Shown in pieces: positions 46,312 to 52,423 of a DNA stretch of 64,000 bases. How positions within the stretch are numbered: position 1 is the stretch's first letter; each line of letters starts with the position of its first letter. Source of the stretch: an uncultured Alphaproteobacteria bacterium (lineage in GTDB: Bacteria > Pseudomonadota > Alphaproteobacteria > RF32 > CAG-239); NCBI GenBank assembly GCA_944391715.1, contig CALXUP010000008.1:1036-65035 (forward strand), read 5' to 3'. The position numbers and the translations under genes are program-made. The notes under the pieces are model-generated. The model was not told the origin of the DNA and did no database searches. It saw only the letters and a program-made list of their open reading frames with translations.

Positions 46312-46348
46312 CAAAAACCGCCCTTTCGGACGGCTCTTTTTATTGGCA
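46312..46348. repeat. 33-nt direct repeat, copy B, ending in a tRNA-Trp 3'-end mimic TGGCAG (46343-46348)
   Basis: Identical to 44882-44914. It then reads tggcag, matching the complement of the tRNA 3' terminus at 59900-59905. Confidence 0.9.
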
Positions 46349-46445
46349 GAAGATATTAGGACAATAAGCGGACTTTATTCACAACAAAAGTCCTTGACTT
46401 TTATTTCTAACTTTTATAACTTAACAACAATAAAATTTATAATTT

Positions 46446-46706
46446 ATGAATTACTGTGGAATACTAATCCTGCTTTGTCTGTTTGCCCTTATCATTTATG
46501 ATATAGCCAAATTAAAACAAATTCAGGATTATGGTGAACCCAAATATTTACCCCCTCTGGTGTCAAGTTACTTAAAGAGGAAAGTAATGACAGTTCTAGA
46601 CGATATTAGAGGGATTTTCCTCAATGTAAAAATTCGTTCACCAACAAAGCTTAAAGGAATGCAGTCAACGCCTTGGGTATTTTATCCTAAAGACTGTATG
46701 TGTTAA
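46446..46706 (+). CDS. small membrane-anchored hypothetical protein (86 aa), cassette 2
   Basis: N-terminal TM (ILILLCLFALIIYDI). Followed by a terminator. Confidence 0.4.
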   Translation: MNYCGILILLCLFALIIYDIAKLKQIQDYGEPKYLPPLVSSYLKRKVMTVLDDIRGIFLNVKIRSPTKLKGMQSTPWVFYPKDCMC

Positions 46707-46734
46707 TTAACCAAATTATTAATTCTGCGACATC

Positions 46735-46767
46735 CCCGCGAAATACCTGTTTCGCGGGTTTTCTTTT
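46735..46767 (+). terminator. intrinsic terminator
   Basis: Stem cccgcgaaa (46735-46743) / tttcgcggg (46750-46758) plus a T-run. Confidence 0.75.
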
Positions 46768-46894
46768 ATTCATTAAACTAAATATTCCCCAAAACCTATG
46801 TTTTTTTAATAGCTGAAACGTTTGATAAATAAGGAAAAGAATATGAAAATATTTTTAACTAACTTATTAAAAAATAAGGAAATTTGAAAATAAA

Positions 46895-47100
46895 AGTCCG
46901 TGTAACAAGCGGGAAACTTCTCTTAGTTTTGCTAGGCTTTAGCCGCAGCAAAACTTAGTTGTTCGCGCAAGTAGAAAGCTTAAAGCTTTCGTAGTGGCGC
47001 AAACAGCCTCTTTGATAACATCGCACACGGACTCGATTAACTTATTGATTTATAAAGAAAAAAAGACGCTTTTCGGCGTCTTTATCTTGATTGGCAGGGG
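46895..47100. repeat. boundary module C: ~140-nt multi-hairpin element, then a hairpin terminator, then TGGCAGGGG (47092-47100)
   Basis: Closing stem agtccgtgt (46895-46903) / acacggact (47025-47033). Internal 12-bp hairpin 46922-46933/46947-46958 and hairpin 46974-46990. Terminator aagacgc-ttttc-ggcgtctt. The last 9 nt are identical to 59900-59908. Confidence 0.8.
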
Positions 47101-47304
47101 ATATAGGATAATATACGGACTACTATCTTATAAAAATCATTGCCATTTTATGAAAGCTCAACATAATATATGTTGAAAAACTTCACCTAAAACAAATCTC
47201 AATAAGCGACAAATAGAAAAAAATTATCTATTCTGCAAAACTTTTAATTCCTTAAATCCCCAAAAAAAAATCCGCCCATATTAAAAATACGGAACGGAAT
47301 TTTT

Positions 47305-47520
47305 TTAAGACTTTTTCAGCAAATTTTTAATGTCTTTTATGTCCTCTGAAATCTCATCTAATTTGTTAGGTGCTTTCGGAATAGGTGCATTTCCAGTTGC
47401 CGACATCATTTTTACCAGATAGCAAAGACAAATAAAGATACCTACAAACATTCCTATAATACTTAATGTTTCTGAATTAGCCCGTAAATCGGCTATGATA
47501 AAAGTAATAAATTCTTTCAT
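47305..47520 (-). CDS. small single-TM hypothetical protein (71 aa), cassette 3
   Basis: Central TM (IIGMFVGIFICLCYLV). Confidence 0.4.
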   Translation of the reverse strand: MKEFITFIIADLRANSETLSIIGMFVGIFICLCYLVKMMSATGNAPIPKAPNKLDEISEDIKDIKNLLKKS

Positions 47521-47544
47521 AAAAAAATAAAATTTAGAAAATTT

Positions 47545-47667
47545 TTAATACAGAATAAAACCACAAAAGGAACACTCAATATATCCAGGACGGATTAGAT
47601 GAGCAATTCTACCGCACTCCGGACAAATAACAATACGAAAATAGCCATGTTCTTTTTTAGACATCAT
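47545..47667 (-). CDS. possible 40-aa zinc-ribbon peptide (below the track cut-off)
   Basis: Manual translation gives MMSKKEHGYFRIVICPECGRIAHLIRPGYIECSFCGFILY, with a CPEC...CSFC pair. No clear SD. Confidence 0.3.
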   Translation of the reverse strand: MMSKKEHGYFRIVICPECGRIAHLIRPGYIECSFCGFILY

Positions 47668-47845
47668 AATTTTAAATAATTTAAGTGATACAATAATTTT
47701 ATTTAGTATTTTTTATATATACATATTTCTATTAAATATCAAGTAAATTATTCATCATGATTTAGCTGCTTATTTCAAGCGTCCCAAAACAAAATATAAT
47801 TTCATCTAATTAACTACTTATAAATCATAGAATTTTGTTTTGATT

Positions 47846-47960
47846 AGTCCGTATAATAAGCGGGAATTGATGTCTATGACAACACTTCACACGGACTCAA
47901 CTAACTTATTGAATTATAATAAAAAAAGACGCCTTAAAGCGTCTTCATCTTGAGTGGCAG
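47846..47960. repeat. boundary module D: short version of module C, then a hairpin terminator, then TGGCAG (47955-47960)
   Basis: agtccgt (47846-47852) ... cacacggact (47888-47897). The stretch cacacggactcaactaacttattgaattataat...aagacgccttaaagcgtctt...tggcag is about 80% identical to 47024-47097. Confidence 0.8.
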
Positions 47961-48074
47961 CGCAAACTTTATGACCTTAGGAAAAAATACTCTGATGAAT
48001 TAACTGAATTATACCCTATTGTTCAAAGTTTAGAAGACGATCCTCAAGTTCAGAAAATTCTAAAAACGAATTGA
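47955..48074 (+). other. start-less open frame continuing from TGG-CAG (WQ RKLYDLRKKYSDELTELYPIVQSLEDDPQVQKILKTN stop); candidate detached C-terminal coding segment of the large serine recombinase
   Basis: The frame is open from 47913 to the TGA at 48072-48074 with no ATG/GTG/TTG or SD. The TGG-CAG phase is identical to that of the recombinase ORF at 59900-59905. Confidence 0.4.
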
Positions 48075-48122
48075 GCTCAATATTTTTATTATATAATCAA
48101 TGGCTAAAGGAAATAAGAAAAA

Positions 48123-48374
48123 ATGATTAAAGACTTTTATATTTGCCTGGACGATAAGGCATTAAATTACGCACTAAAGCATTTTAGCAATTCTTTTACA
48201 AAGATATTGCGTTGTTATACTGGGTTAGAAGTTGAAATGATTGTTAAAACAATGGAATCCAATAAAAGCAAGAACTTCTATACGCTTCGAGCAACACAAA
48301 GTAGAATTTTAAAAGCAACCATTAAAAACCTTGAAGTCTTAGGTGCTATTTTTGAAAGAGCGGATAAAGAATAA
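48123..48374 (+). CDS. hypothetical protein (83 aa)
   Basis: ORF with an upstream aaggaaataagaaaaaATG. A hairpin follows (cccac...gtggg). Confidence 0.45.
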   Translation: MIKDFYICLDDKALNYALKHFSNSFTKILRCYTGLEVEMIVKTMESNKSKNFYTLRATQSRILKATIKNLEVLGAIFERADKE

Positions 48375-48572
48375 AAAGCAACCCACCAGCTAAGCTAGTG
48401 GGTATTCATAAGTGTGGGTACCCCTTACGGTACCAGTGAATGCCTAAAAGTAGGACTTTCAATTTCCAGTAACTCCTTGATTTTTCTTTGAAGAACACTC
48501 TAGTCGATATTCAAAGAAAACATCACAAAGAGTTGCTAAAAATTTATGAGCAAGTAAAAAAGTTAGAATTTA

Positions 48573-48974
48573 CTAAAACCCATGACTAAGCAAGTACTCA
48601 ATATATTTTTCAAATCCCATTTTCGAAAGATATTTTAAAAATACATCTCTTGGTGGAGTATTAGCCATATAGGGTTTACCAGAACCAGTATACAAACCGC
48701 CACCAGGACCGGTATACAAACCGCCACCAGGCCCCGTATATAATCCACCTCCTGGACCAGTATACAAACCTCCACCAGGTCCTGTGTACAGTCCACCTCC
48801 TGGTCCCGTATACAAACCGCCACCAGGCCCCGTATACAAACCACCTCCAGGACCGGTGTATAAACCACCACCGGGTCCGGTATATGCACCTCCTCCAGGA
48901 CCAGTATATAATCCACCACCAGGACCAGTGTATAATCCCCCACCAGGTCCAGTATATCTATTTCTCGGCCACAT
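48573..48974 (-). CDS. glycine-rich repeat protein: 11 tandem GPGGGLYT octapeptides plus a 37-aa unique C-terminal domain
   Basis: ATG preceded by AAGGAG (8-nt spacing). The unique C-terminus is ...PPRDVFLKYLSKMGFEKYIEYLLSHGF. The repeat units differ almost only at synonymous sites. Confidence 0.7.
   Translation of the reverse strand: MWPRNRYTGPGGGLYTGPGGGLYTGPGGGAYTGPGGGLYTGPGGGLYTGPGGGLYTGPGGGLYTGPGGGLYTGPGGGLYTGPGGGLYTGPGGGLYTGSGKPYMANTPPRDVFLKYLSKMGFEKYIEYLLSHGF
48687..48950. repeat. 24-nt tandem repeat x 11 (coding, imperfect at third codon positions)
   Basis: Read directly from the sequence. All frames are open on both strands because of the periodicity. Confidence 0.95.
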
Positions 48975-49037
48975 AATTTAACTCCTTATTCTAAATATAT
49001 TAAATGGGTGCCCAATTTGAGTTGGGCACCCTGACTC

Positions 49038-49184
49038 TTATTTTTTCTTAGAAGGTTTCTGACTTAAAGCAGAACCTGCTGCAGTTTTACTGGTACTACT
49101 AAAGCGACCATCGCGAAGAACTTTTGATGCTGCGGAAGCTGCTTTTGCACTAGTTACTTTGCAAGTTTTAGAACATTTATTCAT
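49038..49184 (-). CDS. possible 48-aa Lys/Ser/Ala-rich small protein
   Basis: Manual translation gives MNKCSKTCKVTSAKAASAASKVLRDGRFSSTSKTAAGSALSQKPSKKK. AAGGA lies about 9 nt upstream. Flanked by hairpins at 49004-49031 and 49218-49245. Confidence 0.4.
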   Translation of the reverse strand: MNKCSKTCKVTSAKAASAASKVLRDGRFSSTSKTAAGSALSQKPSKKK

Positions 49185-49250
49185 TTTTCTATTCCTTTCT
49201 TATTAATAGGAGAAGATGGGTTGGAGGAAATTTATCCTCCAACCAAGATG

Positions 49251-49391
49251 CTATCTATCAGGTACAAGAAAGCAAAAAGCCTTCCATCCGTAGTCTCTAG
49301 CATACAAAATCACACCATTTTTCAGGCGAATCTTGGCTGTGTAGAGCCAGCGATAACCGATAGGAGCAGCTTCACGACAACTATGTGTCAT
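49251..49391 (-). CDS. possible 46-aa small protein
   Basis: Manual translation gives MTHSCREAAPIGYRWLYTAKIRLKNGVILYARDYGWKAFCFLVPDR. A strong SD, AAGGAG, lies 7 nt upstream. Confidence 0.45.
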   Translation of the reverse strand: MTHSCREAAPIGYRWLYTAKIRLKNGVILYARDYGWKAFCFLVPDR

Positions 49392-49536
49392 GTTATTTCT
49401 CCTTGTTAAGAGCCAAAAATTAGTTGATTTTTAATAAATAGGACTGTAGAATAGAATCTGCTAAGATTTAGAAACGACAGTTTCTATTTACCAAAAGGGG
49501 AAAAGCTGGCTCTGTTTAGCTTTTCCTCAAAACTTT

Positions 49537-49860
49537 TTAAATTAACTCATAAATGCCTTTTCTGTTTTCAACACTCCTAATTAATGGATGTTCTTCCCTC
49601 GACATATTATACGCCTTAAGGGTGATTTGTCGTTTTGTCTTTTTCCCATCATCTTCGTCCTTATATTTACGATAAAATCCGACTGTCAGCTCATCCACAG
49701 AAAGAGGTCTTCCTGCTAATTTAAGCAATTCAATGATTCTTTTCGCAAATATATCCGTGTTAATTCCATCAGCTATATCTGCCGGAATGTCATCTATGGA
49801 GAACAAATCAAATATATCTTTTTCTTTAGTCTCTTCTTCGGATATCAGCGAATCACTCAT
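49537..49860 (-). CDS. hypothetical protein (107 aa), possibly a winged-helix DNA-binding protein
   Basis: Acidic N-terminus followed by IIELLKLAGRPLSVDELTVGFYRKY, which is HTH-like. First gene of a minus-strand string of small ORFs. Confidence 0.45.
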   Translation of the reverse strand: MSDSLISEEETKEKDIFDLFSIDDIPADIADGINTDIFAKRIIELLKLAGRPLSVDELTVGFYRKYKDEDDGKKTKRQITLKAYNMSREEHPLIRSVENRKGIYELI

Positions 49861-50306
49861 TATGTCAACCTTTCATAAATAGACTCGATTATGTCGATGA
49901 TGGTAGCATCATACTTACCCCATGTCAATCCAAAATTATTTTGAATCATGTTTTTTTATTTTTTTGAACACTTGAAAATATTTTAACAGTATTTTTTCGA
50001 GTCTTATGTGGCAAAGTACTTTTCTATATAAACTGCATATTTTTATCCAGATATTTTGTTTTCATTAAGACCTAGTTATTTCAATATGTTATACAAAACA
50101 AATACTATTTTATAAGAATTCTGTATAAATTATATAGATACAAAACATATCTTGCGCAAAGACAAAACGATAAATTTGCGAAAATTTTGATTATTTTAAA
50201 AAGTTAATAAAGCATTAATTGTTGAGTATTAAATTGATGATATCCACAGTTTTTTATCAAAAATGGCAAAACAGAAAAATAATTTTAAAGATTAACACCC
50301 TTTTCC

Positions 50307-50906
50307 TCACACCATCTCAATAATTTTCTTTTGTGCATCGGTGTTGTATTCAATATAGCGTTGAGTCGTGGCAAGAGTGGAATGTCCGGCAAGCATACGG
50401 ATGTCGTTTAAGGTTCCGCCTGCCAAGCTGATATTTTTTGCTGCGGTGGTGATAAAGGTTCTACGTCCACTATGTGAGGAGCAACCTTCGAAGCCGATTT
50501 CTTTATATAAATTATAAAAGAAGTTCACGATTGCTTGTGGGCTGGTCTTGTTGGTACGTTCTGTGGTGATAATCCGATTCGTTAGAGCAAAATGCTCATT
50601 TTTCTTCTGCTCAGCCAACAATTCTGCCAGTAAAATTGCCAAATCCTTATGCAGAGGAATAATGCGGCCGGATTGTTTACCTTTAGAGGCTTTATTAATA
50701 AGATTAATTTCTTGGCTTAATTGTCCTTCTGAATCACAAACCATCAGCCAATTCAAACTTGCGATTTCTTTAGCTCGTAATCCTGCTTTATAACTCAACA
50801 TAAAAATAATTTTATTGCGGAGCGGATATCTTGTCCGTTCCAAGTAACCCAATGTTAGCTCTTGCTGTTTTGGGGTAAGTATTTTTGCTTGTTTATTAAG
50901 TGCCAT
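50307..50906 (-). CDS. short tyrosine recombinase (catalytic domain only, 199 aa)
   Basis: GLRAKEI (Arg I), HSGRRTF (His-x-x-Arg) and LAGHSTLATTQRYIE (His/Tyr nucleophile). No N-terminal SAM-like domain. Confidence 0.8.
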   Translation of the reverse strand: MALNKQAKILTPKQQELTLGYLERTRYPLRNKIIFMLSYKAGLRAKEIASLNWLMVCDSEGQLSQEINLINKASKGKQSGRIIPLHKDLAILLAELLAEQKKNEHFALTNRIITTERTNKTSPQAIVNFFYNLYKEIGFEGCSSHSGRRTFITTAAKNISLAGGTLNDIRMLAGHSTLATTQRYIEYNTDAQKKIIEMV

Positions 50907-50916
50907 TTCTTCTAAA

Positions 50917-51039
50917 ACTCATTATGTTATTGAAAGTACATCATAAATTATAATGAGTATAAAATAAAAGTCCAGGTATAAAGTCTTGTAACGCTTGAAA
51001 AATAAGGACTCATTATAAAACTTAGATTATATAATGAGT
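50917..51039. repeat. two inverted-repeat pairs ACTCATTAT/ATAATGAGT plus an ATAAAAGTCC...GGACTC module
   Basis: Repeat pairs at 50917-50925/50950-50958 and 51008-51016/51031-51039. ataaaagtcc at 50964-50973 is identical to 46891-46899 plus one base, and ggactc is at 51006-51011. Located immediately upstream of the tyrosine recombinase gene. Confidence 0.8.
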
Positions 51040-51252
51040 TTATCCGCCACAGACTTTGCAAGGTCTGGCACCTTGTGATTTTGCCTTGTCGTTGGTGGTT
51101 TTTATACAGTTTTTGGTACAACGTTTTGCCCATTTACAGGTTGGGCTATGATAAATATAAGTCTTGGTATTCATAACCACGGTTGAGTTGTCGGCAGCCA
51201 AAACAGGTGCGGATAAATGCAGGAAAATTAAGAAACATACGGCTCTTTTCAT
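51040..51252 (-). CDS. small secreted Cys-rich protein with an Ada-like YH..C...C zinc motif
   Basis: Signal peptide ending VLAADN, then YIYHSPTCKWAKRC...ARPCKVCGG. Confidence 0.55.
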   Translation of the reverse strand: MKRAVCFLIFLHLSAPVLAADNSTVVMNTKTYIYHSPTCKWAKRCTKNCIKTTNDKAKSQGARPCKVCGG

Positions 51253-51998
51253 CTTTCGCTCCAGACTTTATTATAAATTTTTCCCCAGCCTTCATTATGG
51301 CTTGCTCCATCAACTTCTATAATTAAATCATCGTTTCCGACAAATTCACGTGCCAATATCGGTGGCATAACTTTATCATCACTGCCGACATAATGGATTT
51401 GCGGAATTTTGGCGAACTGTTTGCGATAGCTTTCCAAATTCATTGATTCATTAAGCGGCGGCAGATTATGATATTGTGTCCATACCAAGTGGTCGAGATT
51501 TCCGGCAATGGTTATAATTTTTTTGACATTCAGCCCCAGTTTTGTTGTGGCAACCAAACTAGCAACCTGTGCTCCTCCGGAAAATCCGATTAAAATAACA
51601 GGATTGTTACCGACAATATTTTTAATTGCCTCATATTCTGCATTAATAACTTCTGGCGCGAAACGGGCAGTTGTCCAATGTCTTTTGGAACAAATCGGAC
51701 TTTTAATATATTGGCACGGTCTGGCAAGGTAAATTACGTTCGGGCTGTTGTCGCCAAAAGCCAGTTCACGAGCTAAGGTTCCGCGAGGTGTCGGATTTTG
51801 TGTTGCTTTGCCTCGGGCATTAAAAGCATAACCGTCGCCTTCTATATATATTTTATAAGGAGCCGCCGGATTTGTAACCTTTTGCCAACTGGCAAGGATA
51901 AAATCCCGTGTTTCAACCTCTTTATACACAAAGTCAGCCGGCACCTTGATTGCTGTGCATCCGGTCAGAAACAGCAATGTTATTAATGCTTTTATCAT
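51249..51998 (-). CDS. lipoprotein alpha/beta-hydrolase (VirJ/AcvB-like by pattern)
   Basis: Lipobox LFLTGC, GxSxG nucleophile elbow GFSGGAQVA, and later D/H candidates (GSDD, GASHNEGW). Confidence 0.6.
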   Translation of the reverse strand: MIKALITLLFLTGCTAIKVPADFVYKEVETRDFILASWQKVTNPAAPYKIYIEGDGYAFNARGKATQNPTPRGTLARELAFGDNSPNVIYLARPCQYIKSPICSKRHWTTARFAPEVINAEYEAIKNIVGNNPVILIGFSGGAQVASLVATTKLGLNVKKIITIAGNLDHLVWTQYHNLPPLNESMNLESYRKQFAKIPQIHYVGSDDKVMPPILAREFVGNDDLIIEVDGASHNEGWGKIYNKVWSER

Positions 51999-52099
51999 AC
52001 GTTAAGCCCCTTATAAAAGGATTATATCGGCTTATTTATAAAAATTCCAGAGGGTTTTTGACTTTTAGCTTGATTGTCTTCAAAAGGCTTTATAATATA

Positions 52100-52423
52100 A
52101 ATTCAGGTTCAGAATTTTTCTGGGCTTAGTACCTTTAGTGGTACGGGGCTTTCATCGGCTCTTATAGTCGTCGGTGTTGGATATAACATCGTCATATTGT
52201 CAGCTACTCATCATAGCCGACAGTAAATATATCCCCGATACATAGCAATATGGTCGGGGAGCTTTTAGCGAATGTTCAGGAACCATATTACTATCTCTGA
52301 AAGAATATGGTTCTAAAGGTTAAAAGAATCATTTACGACTATATGATTGATGAACTCTCCGACCACCTCTAATACAGGTGGTTTTCTTTTAATTGCAATT
52401 AAAGAAGAAGGGATTCTAATCAT
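52100..52423 (+). promoter_or_regulatory. structured ~320-nt leader upstream of the autotransporter, ending in a terminator-like hairpin
   Basis: Mutually exclusive pairings cgggg (52144-52148)/ccccg (52233-52237) versus tccccga (52232-52238)/tcgggga (52254-52260). A 10-bp hairpin at 52280-52289/52304-52313. accacct/aggtggt plus a T-run at 52362-52390. Confidence 0.35.

Noticed and set aside
46888-47035. Assignment of the multi-hairpin element to a known RNA family (tmRNA piece, 6S, SRP, retron msr/msd)
   Set aside because: No conserved family motifs were recognisable by eye and there is no reverse transcriptase nearby. It is left as an unclassified structured repeat.
44882-47960. Classical integron (IntI plus attI plus attC cassettes)
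   Set aside because: The cassette-like layout and folded boundary sites prompted the idea. However, there is no IntI-type integrase; the only tyrosine recombinase is 199 aa and lies 2.3 kb away inside another element. There is no GTTRRRY core that I could see. The boundaries carry tRNA 3'-end copies, so tandem tRNA-site integration explains them better.
48687-48950. Possible CRISPR array
   Set aside because: The units are a contiguous 24-nt tandem repeat with no spacers, lie inside a coding frame, and have no cas genes nearby.
48635-48981. Alternative frames through the 24-nt repeat: plus-strand PPPGPVYK x n (48784-48981) and minus-strand 48635-48943
   Set aside because: These frames are open only because of the repeat periodicity. 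They lack an RBS and a unique flanking domain. The 48573-48974 frame has AAGGAG plus ATG and a non-repeat C-terminal domain.
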